64,000 nucleotides of DNA from positions 17,431 through 81,430 of the forward strand of contig CACCOR010000005.1 in assembly GCA_902547695.1 (NCBI GenBank), given 5' to 3'. Under the pieces are notes generated by a model. It saw only the letters and a list, made by a program, of their open reading frames with translations, did not search any database and was not told the origin of the DNA. Origin of the DNA: an uncultured SAR86 cluster bacterium (GTDB lineage: Bacteria > Pseudomonadota > Gammaproteobacteria > Magnimaribacterales > D2472). Both the position numbers and the translations under genes were made by a program. This document shows, in pieces, positions 28,734 to 38,816 of this stretch. Every line of letters begins with the position of its first letter. Position 1 is the stretch's first letter.

Positions 28734-29672
28734 ATTACTCAAACTTAATAAATATAAAATATAACTACTAACAAATAATATACCAATTAAGCGGATAGCA
28801 TTTATTGAAAATACTTTGTTTGAATAAAATAGTACTACCAACATAAAAACAATTGTTGCTGAGATCATTATTGTGTAGTCCCTGCTTAATAAAACTTGAT
28901 CTAGCTGAACGCTTGAAAAAAAACCAATAATTGGAACAACTAATGTAATGTTTAACACATTTGATCCAATAACATTTCCAACCACCATATCAGTTTTCTT
29001 TTTTAAAACCGCGCTTATTGTAGCTGCTAATTCTGGAAGGCTTGTTCCAATAGCAATGATAGTTAATCCAATAATCAATTCTGAAATATTTAACAAAATA
29101 GCAATTTTTTCTGCATAAATGACTGCATATCTCGAACCAAAGATTAATGAAATTAATCCTATGATCAAAAAAATTAAGGTAATTGAATTATTTTTATCTT
29201 GTTGCTCATCAATTAATGTTTGCGAATTTCTATTTGCATTTATTACATACAAAAAATAACAAAAGCTAAATAACAACAGGATTCCATCAAATTTTGAGAC
29301 GTTTAAATCAATTAATACGTATCCAAGAATTAATGCTGCAACTAAAAAAGGCATTAGCTGAATTATTGGTGTTTTTTTTGGTAAAAAAGAAATACCTATA
29401 CATGAAACTCCAAATATTAGTGCAATGTTAGATATGTTTGATCCAACAACTGCGCCCATCGCAATGCTTTCACTGTTATTTAAGACAGAAGAAATTCCTA
29501 CGAATATTTCAGGAGCGGAAGTACCCAATGCAACTATAGTCAATCCTATTGTTAATTCACTAACTCCAATCTTCTTTGCAATTAAAGATGAGTTATCTAC
29601 AAATTTGTCTGCACCCCAAATTAATATAGCTAAGGAAGCAACTAAACCTAGGAAGTTGATTAGGAAATCCAT
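28725..29672 (-). CDS. Calcium/sodium antiporter (YrbG/CaCA family)
   Basis: Repeated alpha motifs GTSAPE and GTSLPE, each followed by GSN. Confidence 0.92.
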   Translation of the reverse strand: MDFLINFLGLVASLAILIWGADKFVDNSSLIAKKIGVSELTIGLTIVALGTSAPEIFVGISSVLNNSESIAMGAVVGSNISNIALIFGVSCIGISFLPKKTPIIQLMPFLVAALILGYVLIDLNVSKFDGILLLFSFCYFLYVINANRNSQTLIDEQQDKNNSITLIFLIIGLISLIFGSRYAVIYAEKIAILLNISELIIGLTIIAIGTSLPELAATISAVLKKKTDMVVGNVIGSNVLNITLVVPIIGFFSSVQLDQVLLSRDYTIMISATIVFMLVVLFYSNKVFSINAIRLIGILFVSSYILYLLSLSNLI

Positions 29673-29760
29673 AATTTATTTTACCTTAGTTATTAATGGA
29701 GATTATGTTTCGTTCCGAAAAATACAATATAATTTAGTTTCAAATTTATAGGGAATACAA

Positions 29761-30558
29761 ATGGAAATAACAAGTTTATTTAACATATCTGGAAAAGTTG
29801 CTGTTGTTACAGGCGGTTCAAGAGGAATTGGAGAAATGATAACTGCTGGCTTTTTGGCGAATGGGGTAAAAGTTTATATTTCAGCAAGAAAAGCTCCGGC
29901 TTTGATTGAAAAGGCTAGAGAATTGTCAGAAAAATATAATCAAGAATGTATACCAGTTCCATGTGACTTGAGTTCAATGGATGGTATTGATGAGTTTGTT
30001 AATCAGATTACTGAAAAGGAAGATGCCATTGATTTTTTAGTTAATAATGCAGGAGCTGCATGGGGCGAACCTCTAGAAAGCTTCTCTGAAAAAGGCTGGG
30101 ATAAGGTAATGGATTTAAATGTGAAGTCTATTTTTTTCTTAACACAGAAATTTAAAAACTTATTGTCTAAAAATGCTAGTGATGATGATCCATCCAGAGT
30201 AATTAATATAGGCTCTATCGATGGGCTAAATGTTCCATCAATGGAAACATATCCCTATGGAGCATCAAAGGCTGCTGTCCATCACTTAACAAGAGTTTTG
30301 GCTGCAAAATTAGTTAAAGAAAATATTTTGGTTAACGCTATTGCTCCTGGACCTTATCCAAGTGATATGCTCGGACCAGCTGTAGGTTATGACTATTCTG
30401 AAATAGCAAAAAGAAATCCAAGAAAAAGAGTTGGAACTCCTGAAGATATGGCAGGATTGGCAATTTTCTTATGTTCTCGAGCTGGAGCATATACTGTTGG
30501 TGAGACCATAACATCTGATGGCGGAATAGTTAAAACCGCCAATCATGATCTTAGTTAG
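29761..30558 (+). CDS. SDR family oxidoreductase (RhlG-like)
   Basis: TGGSRGIG, NNAG, GSIDG, YGASK. Confidence 0.92.
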   Translation: MEITSLFNISGKVAVVTGGSRGIGEMITAGFLANGVKVYISARKAPALIEKARELSEKYNQECIPVPCDLSSMDGIDEFVNQITEKEDAIDFLVNNAGAAWGEPLESFSEKGWDKVMDLNVKSIFFLTQKFKNLLSKNASDDDPSRVINIGSIDGLNVPSMETYPYGASKAAVHHLTRVLAAKLVKENILVNAIAPGPYPSDMLGPAVGYDYSEIAKRNPRKRVGTPEDMAGLAIFLCSRAGAYTVGETITSDGGIVKTANHDLS

Positions 30559-30559
30559 A

Positions 30560-31462
30560 TTACCTTTGAGCGTCTTTGAAAGCCCTTATAATAAGATCTT
30601 TCATCCAAATGTGACCGCCATCACCTTCATCACTTTTATGCCAGATTAAAAAGTATTCCATTAAAGGAATCTCGATCGGTATTTCAACAAATGGCAGATT
30701 ATTTCTGTTAGCAAAACTTCTAGTCCCCATTAAAACTAGATCAGTTGACTGGATAATGGTAGGAGCAATCAAAAAATGTTGACATCTTAAGGCAACCTTT
30801 CTTCTATAACCAATTTTATCAAGCTCAACATCGATTAAATGAAGGCCTCTTTTTCTTCCAGAGACATGAAGATGTTTTTGTTCAAGTATGTCGTTTACAC
30901 TTGGATTTTTAATTTTTGATAAATCATGTCCTTCTCTATGCATAACAACAAAATCATCCTCAAAAACTTTCTCAGAATTGATTTCATCAGATCTTGGTAT
31001 AACTGGATCAACCACAAAATCTAAATTATTCGTAGAAAGGGCATGAACTTGATCGCTTCTAAGGTATGCATAACTTCCAATTGAGATATTTGGAGCTTCC
31101 TTATATATTTCTTTCATAAGGTAAGGTAAAACTCTTCCCTCAGAAACATCTCCCAACGATAATTTAAAGTTTCTTTTTGTTGTTGAAGGATCAAAAGTAT
31201 CAGGCTCATTGACACTTTGTTGTATCAAAGTCAGAGCACTTTGAACATCTTGAATCATGTTTTCAGTTTTCTGAGTAGGTACCATTCCTGAACCAGTTCT
31301 TACGAATAAGTCGTCATTGAACTTTTCTCTTAGTCTTGATAAAGCATTACTAACAGCAGGTTGTGTAATTCCAACGACTTCAGCAGCCTTAGTGAGACTT
31401 CCTTCTGTATAGATAGCATTTAGGATTACAAAAAGGTTTAAATCAAAAGAACTTATTTTCAT
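30560..31462 (-). CDS. LysR family transcriptional regulator (NodD/NahR-like)
   Basis: DLNL...TQPAVSNALSRLR HTH; divergent from an acyl-CoA dehydrogenase gene. Confidence 0.93.
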   Translation of the reverse strand: MKISSFDLNLFVILNAIYTEGSLTKAAEVVGITQPAVSNALSRLREKFNDDLFVRTGSGMVPTQKTENMIQDVQSALTLIQQSVNEPDTFDPSTTKRNFKLSLGDVSEGRVLPYLMKEIYKEAPNISIGSYAYLRSDQVHALSTNNLDFVVDPVIPRSDEINSEKVFEDDFVVMHREGHDLSKIKNPSVNDILEQKHLHVSGRKRGLHLIDVELDKIGYRRKVALRCQHFLIAPTIIQSTDLVLMGTRSFANRNNLPFVEIPIEIPLMEYFLIWHKSDEGDGGHIWMKDLIIRAFKDAQR

Positions 31463-31515
31463 TTTATCGCCTTAAATAAATATTTAGATCGTATAGATTT
31501 GTAAGTAACATAAAG

Positions 31516-31564
31516 CTATTATAAGTATGAATTACTTTAGTACTATTCATAGTATTTATAATAG
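31516..31564. promoter_or_regulatory. Possible LysR operator region
   Basis: Dyad CTATTATAA...TTATAATAG enclosing ATGAAT and ATTCAT half-sites in the divergent spacer. The AT-rich background lowers confidence. Confidence 0.35.
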
Positions 31565-31600
31565 TAACAAAATTTTTGATATAAAGGGAGATTTAACCTC

Positions 31601-32818
31601 ATGATGCCTGAATTAAGACCTGAAGCAGTTGAATTAGTTGAAAAAGTAAAAGATTTTATTGACTCTGAAGTTAGACCAAAAGAGCACGTATTTCATGAGC
31701 AAATTAATGTTGGCAAAGATAGATGGAGCAGTTATCCATCAGTTATTGATGAGTTAAAGGAAAAAGCAAGAGCAAAAGGCCTTTGGAACCTTTTTTTACC
31801 AGAAAGTGAATTTGGAGCAGGTCTATCCAATTATGAATATGCTCATCTTGCAGAAGAAATGGGAAAATCTCATATCGCCTCTGAGGCTATGAATTGTAGT
31901 GCACCAGACACAGGAAATATGGAGGTTATTGCAAGATATGGAAATGAGCAACATCAAGAAGAGTGGCTTAAACCATTACTTGATGGTGAAATTAGATCCG
32001 CCTTTAGCATGACAGAACCTGGAACTGCATCATCTGATGCAACAAATATGCAAGCAACAGCAGTTTTGGATGGTGATGAATATGTAATAAATGGTGAGAA
32101 GTGGTGGACGTCAGGAGCTGGTGATCCAAGATGTAAAATTCTTATATTTATGTGTGTAACTAATCCTGATAATCCAAAACATCAAAGACACTCAATGATA
32201 CTTGTACCAATGGAAACTGAGGGTGTAGAAATTGTTAAAATGATGCATGTATTTGGCTATGACGATGCACCTCATGGACATGCACATATGAAATTTACTA
32301 ATGTAAGAGTACCAAAGGAAAATCTTTTACTTGGTGAAGGAAGAGGGTTTGAGATTGCACAAGGTCGTTTAGGACCAGGACGTATTCATCATTGTATGAG
32401 AGCAATTGGTGCAGGTGAGGTTGCTATAGAACTAATGTGCAAAAGGGGCATGGATCCCAATAAAGTAGCATTTGGTAAAAACTTAGCACAACTTGGAGCA
32501 AATTTTGATTACATAGCTGAGTCAAGAATTGAACTTAATGCTGCAAGATTCTTAACATTGGATGCCGCAGTCAAAATGGATACAGTTGGAAATAAAATTG
32601 CAGCAAGCGAAATTGCACAAATCAAGGTATACGCACCTAATGTAGCCCTTAAGATTATAGATAGAGCAATTCAAATTCATGGTGGAGAAGGAGTTTCACA
32701 ACTCACACCACTTGCATCTATGTATGCTCATATGAGAACACTGAGACTCGCTGATGGTCCTGATGAAGTTCATAGAAGAGCCGTCGCAAGATATGAGCTA
32801 GGTAAATATATGAGTTAA
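31601..32818 (+). CDS. Acyl-CoA dehydrogenase (ACAD10/11-like)
   Basis: [42 protein letters not shown]. Confidence 0.94.
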   Translation: MMPELRPEAVELVEKVKDFIDSEVRPKEHVFHEQINVGKDRWSSYPSVIDELKEKARAKGLWNLFLPESEFGAGLSNYEYAHLAEEMGKSHIASEAMNCSAPDTGNMEVIARYGNEQHQEEWLKPLLDGEIRSAFSMTEPGTASSDATNMQATAVLDGDEYVINGEKWWTSGAGDPRCKILIFMCVTNPDNPKHQRHSMILVPMETEGVEIVKMMHVFGYDDAPHGHAHMKFTNVRVPKENLLLGEGRGFEIAQGRLGPGRIHHCMRAIGAGEVAIELMCKRGMDPNKVAFGKNLAQLGANFDYIAESRIELNAARFLTLDAAVKMDTVGNKIAASEIAQIKVYAPNVALKIIDRAIQIHGGEGVSQLTPLASMYAHMRTLRLADGPDEVHRRAVARYELGKYMS

Positions 32819-32822
32819 AAAA

Positions 32823-34220
32823 TTGTCTCGCAATTTAATATTTTACGATACTGAAACAACTGGAATTCATAAAGATTTTAGTCAAATAATACAATGTGGT
32901 TCAATTTTTACTGATAACACATTAAAAGTTTTAGACGAACAGAATATTGGTAGCAAACCTTTGCCATGGATTATCCCTCAACCCAAAGCAATGCTTACTA
33001 ATAAAAAGATTAATTCCTTTTCATCCAATACTTCTCATTATCAAATGATGAAAGATATTCAACATCAATGGAAAGAATGGTGTATAGACTTGCCATCAAT
33101 ATTTGTAACATACAACGGACATGCTTTTGATGAAGAGCTCATCAGAAGGCAGTTTTGGTGCAATCTATTAGAGCCATACATAACAAATACAAATCAAAAT
33201 GGAAGACTTGATTTAATGTTGATGATTCATAATATAGCTGCATTTTTTTCAGACGAAATATCAATTCCCTTATTCGAAGATGGACCTGCTTTTAGTATTA
33301 AGTTGGAACATTTAGCAGATGAACATGGTATTGATGTCAGTGATGCACATGATGCAATTTCAGACTGCAAATTTATGATTGGGCTATGCAAAGTTATTAA
33401 AGATAAAATACCTGAAGTTTTTGATTCATTTTTGGATATTTCAACAAAGGAGGGTGTTAAAAATCTTTTATATTCTGATGAATTTCTTGCTCTTGGTGAG
33501 GTCTACAGGCGCCATCCTTTTAAGTATCCTGTTGTAATTTGTGGTGCTGATAACTCCAGACCTAATGATATTTGTTTCTTTGATTTGAGTTTTGATCCAG
33601 ATGAAATTATTGATCTAGACTTCACAGAAATTAATAAAATGATTCAATCTGGAGGAAGGGACTTACCTTTAAAAAAATATAAAATTAACAAAACTATTCC
33701 AATATGCTCAAGCAAACATCTTACAAAAAATAATCACTTTGATATAACTCATGAAGAGCTTCAAAGACGAGCGGATATAGTTAAGTCTAATCAAGACTTC
33801 TTCACACAAGTTTCTCAGGCTATGGAGGATAGAATTATGAATTTTCCAGAACCAGATTATGTTGAAGGAACCATATATTCAGGTGGTTTTCCTTCCTATA
33901 GAGATCAAGATCTGATGAAAGAATTTCACCATACTGATAATCTTGAGCAACTTATTAAAATCTCAAGAAATTTTGAAGATGAAAGATTTCGACTTTTAGC
34001 TGAAAGAATTATTTGTGATAAATATCAAACAGATATTCCTGATGATATTAAAACAAGATTTGATGATTTAATTAATGAGAGAGTTTATACAGATGGAAAA
34101 TGGGGCTCTGTTGATAAAGCGCTCAATGAAATTGAAAAACTTTTAGATGAAAGAAATAACAAAGAAGATAAAGCTATTCTCGTTGCAACAAAAGAACAAC
34201 TACTATCAATGCAAAAGTAA
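32823..34220 (+). CDS. sbcB: Exodeoxyribonuclease I-like DEDDh exonuclease
   Basis: FYDTETTG, YNGHAFDEE, AHDAISD, IYSGGFPS; length matches ExoI; TTG start. Confidence 0.8.
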   Translation: MSRNLIFYDTETTGIHKDFSQIIQCGSIFTDNTLKVLDEQNIGSKPLPWIIPQPKAMLTNKKINSFSSNTSHYQMMKDIQHQWKEWCIDLPSIFVTYNGHAFDEELIRRQFWCNLLEPYITNTNQNGRLDLMLMIHNIAAFFSDEISIPLFEDGPAFSIKLEHLADEHGIDVSDAHDAISDCKFMIGLCKVIKDKIPEVFDSFLDISTKEGVKNLLYSDEFLALGEVYRRHPFKYPVVICGADNSRPNDICFFDLSFDPDEIIDLDFTEINKMIQSGGRDLPLKKYKINKTIPICSSKHLTKNNHFDITHEELQRRADIVKSNQDFFTQVSQAMEDRIMNFPEPDYVEGTIYSGGFPSYRDQDLMKEFHHTDNLEQLIKISRNFEDERFRLLAERIICDKYQTDIPDDIKTRFDDLINERVYTDGKWGSVDKALNEIEKLLDERNNKEDKAILVATKEQLLSMQK

Positions 34221-34221
34221 A

Positions 34222-34947
34222 ATGAAAATATATTTGTGGATCATTTTAATAATTTCCTTTGATATAAAATCTGATATATCTCTTAAAGAGCTTGATTTAA
34301 AAGAGGTATTTAGTAGTGGAAGAAGTTTGATCTCTCTTGATAATGGTTTGCACTATCTTGAGGAAGAATCAGACATGCAAAATACACTTTTTATAGGTGT
34401 TCACGGTGGTGATAGTGAGGGGTATGAATGGGTATACCCATTAATAACATTAGACAACAAGCAAAATCTAGTCAGCTTCTTTCGTTACAATGATAATTTG
34501 TGTCCAAACAGAGCTTATGCAATTCTTTTTAGTGAAATTAATAGTGTATTAGATCAAAACAAAAACATTGATCAGGTAGTTTTAATGGGCCACAGTTATG
34601 GTGCAATGATCATAGCAATGTTTTCAGAGACATGGATAAATGAAATACCATTGACCTTGCATGCAGTGGCAGGACCTTTAACTGGACCTATACCATCTGA
34701 TTTTAGATTAGGTCTTTTTAATAAGATTTGTAATTATTCTGCACCTAAATTTGTTAGAGATAATGTAACTCTCTTTCAGTGGAGAACAATTAAAGAATTG
34801 GATGGCGCATTTAATAATCTAGATTACGATCCTCAAATTATTGAAGTTGAAGGTAGCAAAGTAACAAGATTACCTAAAACCTATAACGGAAGAAGACTTG
34901 GTCATAACTGGTCGATAAGTTGGGTTGCAGATCAACTTAAAAAATAA
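34222..34947 (+). CDS. Alpha/beta hydrolase, probably exported
   Basis: GVHG oxyanion motif, GHSYG nucleophile elbow, C-terminal GH. Start reassigned to MKIYLW. Confidence 0.7.
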   Translation: MKIYLWIILIISFDIKSDISLKELDLKEVFSSGRSLISLDNGLHYLEEESDMQNTLFIGVHGGDSEGYEWVYPLITLDNKQNLVSFFRYNDNLCPNRAYAILFSEINSVLDQNKNIDQVVLMGHSYGAMIIAMFSETWINEIPLTLHAVAGPLTGPIPSDFRLGLFNKICNYSAPKFVRDNVTLFQWRTIKELDGAFNNLDYDPQIIEVEGSKVTRLPKTYNGRRLGHNWSISWVADQLKK

Positions 34948-34953
34948 TTAAGT

Positions 34954-35030
34954 TGGTGGGCGAGGAGAGATTCGAACTCCCGACTTCCTGCGTGTCGAGC
35001 AGACACTCTAACCAACTGAGTTACTCGCCC
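34954..35030 (-). tRNA. tRNA-Val(GAC)
   Basis: Reverse complement GGGCGAGTAACTCAG...TCTGC-TCGACAC-GCAGG...GTTCGAATC...CTCGCCCACCA. Confidence 0.93.
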
Positions 35031-35072
35031 TTAAAGAGGAGTAATTTTACACAAAAAATTTATTAAATAATA

Positions 35073-35528
35073 TTAATTAATTTTTGCAAGATATTCATCA
35101 AGTCTTGTTTGATTCATTACAAATGTAGACTTAAATTGTATTGCAACATTTTTAGCAGTTTCTATATTTGAACTATCGTCACCTACTTGTATTACACCAA
35201 CCATAGCCATCATTGCATGAGGTGTACATTGGTATCCGTAAACACCTGGAATCTCAAAGGTTACTGAAATATTTCTACTTAATTGTCCGTTCCAAGGTGA
35301 AGCACCAGATGGAATCATACCAGGTATAGATGCAGAATTATGAGCAGCATCAGTAGACTCAAATGTAACGGTATCACCAACATTAATTTTCAAAAATGCA
35401 GGCTCAAAAACCATTACACCAGTAGCACCTTGATTAAGCATCTTAACAGTATGAGTTTCTGAATATAGATCCAAACTTGTAAAAGAAATTATTAAAGAAA
35501 AGATTAGGTTTTTTTGTATAGTGCCCAT
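35073..35528 (-). CDS. Pseudoazurin (type 1 blue copper protein)
   Basis: Signal peptide, MVFEPAF, HN, and Cu ligands CTPHAMMAM. Confidence 0.9.
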   Translation of the reverse strand: MGTIQKNLIFSLIISFTSLDLYSETHTVKMLNQGATGVMVFEPAFLKINVGDTVTFESTDAAHNSASIPGMIPSGASPWNGQLSRNISVTFEIPGVYGYQCTPHAMMAMVGVIQVGDDSSNIETAKNVAIQFKSTFVMNQTRLDEYLAKIN

Positions 35529-35647
35529 AGCATTATTATATTTATTTATAATTAAATATCAATATAATTTATATCATCAATCATTTGCTTTAAATATAAA
35601 AATGATTATATTAAACATATATTTTCTATATTTTTTAAATTTTTACT

Positions 35648-36853
35648 ATGAAATTAATCAATCATATTAGACCTTTTTTAATACTAATACTGTTACCTCT
35701 GCTTGCATTAAATGTTTTAGCAGATTACTTTCCAAATAAAGAAAATTGGGATATTTCATCACCTGAAGCAGAGGGTGTAAATCCCAATAAAATTGATAAA
35801 TTAATGGATTTATCATTTTCAGATGATGCAACTCAAGCAGTTGTTGTAATTAAAAATGGCAAAATAATTTCAGAAAAATATGCTGATGGATATGATCTTG
35901 ATTCTCATGGTACATCTTGGTCAATGGCTAAAAGTTATTATGCTGCGTTAATTGGAATTTCGCTTGACCGTGGTGAGATTAATAGTCTCGATGATAAAGT
36001 TTCAGATTATCTAGATTATTTTGATGACGAAAGGTCAGATATCACTTTAAGAGATCTTCTCGATATGTCTAGTGGTCTTGATTTTCCAACTCACGAACAT
36101 GAAAAAATGTTTTTTCAAGTAGACCATCTTCAATATGCAAAAAAAGTCGGTGTAGAAAAAGATGCTGGTGAAAAATTTGAATATAACAATGTCAATTCGA
36201 TGTTACTAGGTGACATTTTATTTCAAGCAACTGGTAAAAAAGCTGATGTACTTTTTGAAGAAAGAATCTTAGAACCTCTGGATATAGATGACTATAAGTT
36301 ATGGAAAGACGAAAAAGGAAATGTGATGACATATTGTTGCGTGGATATGTCAGCAAGAGATTATTCTAAGTTAGGTTTATTATTTGCTCGAGACGGTAAG
36401 TGGAATGATGAACAAATTGTGTCTAAAGAATTTGTAGATGAAACTTTTCAGGTGGTATGGGAAACACCAAGCAGATTTACAGATTATAAACGTTACTATT
36501 CTCTGCACTGGTGGGTCTCAAAGTATGATGAAGAATCAAAAATATTTAATACCAGTGGAAAGTTCGGACAATATACTTTTGTAGACAGAGAAAATGATAT
36601 TGTTGTAACAAGAATCTCTAAATATGCAGAACAAGACAATGGTTCTACTCAAAAGTGGGGCATAATGAAATATCTTAGATGGGCAGGCATAGATAATGCT
36701 ATTGCAATTGGCAGGATGTTGATAGCTTCAGGAACTATAGAGTCTGGATCAGATGTGATTACTCCTTTCACGGATGAGGAGGGAGAATCTTACGAATTCT
36801 ATGTAAAATATCCTGAAATTATTGATTCAATTGCTGATTTAAGTCGTAACTAA
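35648..36853 (+). CDS. Serine hydrolase, beta-lactamase/NylB family
   Basis: SMAK, YNN, GKFGQ; signal peptide. Confidence 0.88.
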   Translation: MKLINHIRPFLILILLPLLALNVLADYFPNKENWDISSPEAEGVNPNKIDKLMDLSFSDDATQAVVVIKNGKIISEKYADGYDLDSHGTSWSMAKSYYAALIGISLDRGEINSLDDKVSDYLDYFDDERSDITLRDLLDMSSGLDFPTHEHEKMFFQVDHLQYAKKVGVEKDAGEKFEYNNVNSMLLGDILFQATGKKADVLFEERILEPLDIDDYKLWKDEKGNVMTYCCVDMSARDYSKLGLLFARDGKWNDEQIVSKEFVDETFQVVWETPSRFTDYKRYYSLHWWVSKYDEESKIFNTSGKFGQYTFVDRENDIVVTRISKYAEQDNGSTQKWGIMKYLRWAGIDNAIAIGRMLIASGTIESGSDVITPFTDEEGESYEFYVKYPEIIDSIADLSRN

Positions 36854-37034
36854 TATTTAATTCATCAGCTTTGTTTATAAAAGTATTAATGTCTTTTTTC
36901 CATTCTTCAAGATAATACCCATCATTACCTTGTTTATTTAGATACCTAAGAAAAATTCTTCCAGTTTCATCTTGATAGCCTGCTTGAAATGGCTCTCCAG
37001 TTGCACTATTTAATCTTTTATATCTATCATCCAT
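36819..37034 (-). CDS. Small hypothetical protein
   Basis: Starts 3 nt after the upstream transporter stop; protein-like composition; 35-nt convergent overlap. Confidence 0.55.
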   Translation of the reverse strand: MDDRYKRLNSATGEPFQAGYQDETGRIFLRYLNKQGNDGYYLEEWKKDINTFINKADELNISYDLNQQLNQ

Positions 37035-37037
37035 TTA

Positions 37038-38804
37038 TCAAGTCCATACAAACAATATCATTGGTATAGACGCCAATATTATTAAAATATCCATAGGCAA
37101 GCCCATACGCCAGTAATCAGTAAATTTATAGTTACCTGGACCCATTACAACAGTATTACATTGATGTCCTATTGGAGTTAAAAATGCACAACTTGCCCCA
37201 ACTGCGACGACCATTAAAAAAGGCTCAATGGCATACCCTAATTCTAATGCTATTCCAGTTGATATTGGAGCCATAATCACAGCTGTTGCTGCATTATTGA
37301 TAATATCGGTTGTTACCATGGTAACAATTAAGATAATGAGGAGTATCCAAAACAAACTCAGGCTTGATGCATACGTGGATATTGAAGTTGCAATCAAGCT
37401 ACTCACTCCTGTTGTTTGAAGCGCAGTTCCGATTGGTATCATTGCTGCTAACATAACAATAATTGGCCAATCTATTTTTCTGTAAAAATCACTGTCAATA
37501 ATTTTAATTCTTGCAAAAGCTAAAACACATAATAAAAATGCTGGTGCCGCACTTAAATAGTTGAATGAGACTAAAAAGATTGATAATAAAAAGAATAACA
37601 ACCCCTTTATAAGCCTACTTCTACTTGGTATTGTTTGAAGTTCTCTTTGTCTTAGGGGCATTAAACCTAAATGTTTAATTTTATTAGAGACATCTTCTTC
37701 AGCGAGATCTCTAACTCCTAGAAGTAATACATCACCGGCTCTAAATTGTTCTCTTGTAAGTCTGGTTCTATATTTTGAACCCTTTCTCCATAGTCCAAGA
37801 AGATTTAACTCTTCAAAAGCGAGCTTTTGAAAAAAATCATACTTTCTTCCAATCAATCTAGAACCGGGAGTGATCATGACTTCAATTTCTTCAAGATCAT
37901 CTTCGTCAAATGAATGAAGTTCTTTGGGAATGGAGAAATCAAAAATATCTAGAATATTTGCAAGATCATCGGGAGGGGTCTTAATAACCAATATTTGTCC
38001 TGCTTTAATTCTCATATTATTTTGAACTTTCTTAATTGAGCCATTTTCGGATACTATTCCAAGGATTTCTGTATCTTCTCCAGCTTGTGTTTTAAATGCA
38101 TATAAAGTCATGCCAATTGAAGAGCTTTTTTCATTTACGAGCACCTCAAATAAGTACCCTTTAAGATCAATTAAATGCTCAGTTGAAGGCATCTCTTTTC
38201 TTAAAAAAATTAACCTATTTCCAATAAAAGCAATGAAAAGAACGCAAATTATTGTTACTACTAGACCAACATAAGAAAAATCAAAGAAATTAAACCCAGA
38301 GTTTGATATAGATGCCTTATATTCAGATATTATTATATTTGGTGGAGTTCCTATTGCGGTATTCATTCCACCTAAAATGCAAGCAAAGGCTAAGGGCATT
38401 AGGTACTTAGAGGGATGCCATTCCATCTTTTGACATATATTAAGTGTTATGGGCAAGAGAATTGCTAAAGCACCTATATTATTAATAAATGATGACAAAA
38501 TAGCAGCTATTAATAGCAGAGAAATCATAAATTGGATTTCTGTAAACTCCCTACCTCCAATAAGCTTACCTACAAGACCTGCTATACCTGAATTACTTAA
38601 ACCTTGGCTAATTATAAGAACAAGTGCGACGGTAATAACAGCAGGATGAGCAAATCCAGCAAAAGCTTCATTGCCAGGTATTATTTCGAGAACTACTAAA
38701 ACAAATAATGCACCGACCGCTAGCGCATCATATCTAATTTTTCCCCATATAAACAAACTCAGAAGAGCAATCAAAGTTGAGGATAATATGATTTGATCGT
38801 TCAT
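37038..38804 (-). CDS. SLC13/DASS family permease with TrkA-C domains
   Basis: SSFINN, GTPPNII, INNAA, FLTPIGHQCN...GPGNYKF. Confidence 0.9.
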   Translation of the reverse strand: MNDQIILSSTLIALLSLFIWGKIRYDALAVGALFVLVVLEIIPGNEAFAGFAHPAVITVALVLIISQGLSNSGIAGLVGKLIGGREFTEIQFMISLLLIAAILSSFINNIGALAILLPITLNICQKMEWHPSKYLMPLAFACILGGMNTAIGTPPNIIISEYKASISNSGFNFFDFSYVGLVVTIICVLFIAFIGNRLIFLRKEMPSTEHLIDLKGYLFEVLVNEKSSSIGMTLYAFKTQAGEDTEILGIVSENGSIKKVQNNMRIKAGQILVIKTPPDDLANILDIFDFSIPKELHSFDEDDLEEIEVMITPGSRLIGRKYDFFQKLAFEELNLLGLWRKGSKYRTRLTREQFRAGDVLLLGVRDLAEEDVSNKIKHLGLMPLRQRELQTIPSRSRLIKGLLFFLLSIFLVSFNYLSAAPAFLLCVLAFARIKIIDSDFYRKIDWPIIVMLAAMIPIGTALQTTGVSSLIATSISTYASSLSLFWILLIILIVTMVTTDIINNAATAVIMAPISTGIALELGYAIEPFLMVVAVGASCAFLTPIGHQCNTVVMGPGNYKFTDYWRMGLPMDILIILASIPMILFVWT

Positions 38805-38816
38805 AATTCATCAATT

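Noticed and set aside
21420-35030. Possible genomic island between tRNA-Leu and tRNA-Val
   Set aside because: No integrase or transposase, no duplicated tRNA 3' end seen, and composition looks like the flanks.
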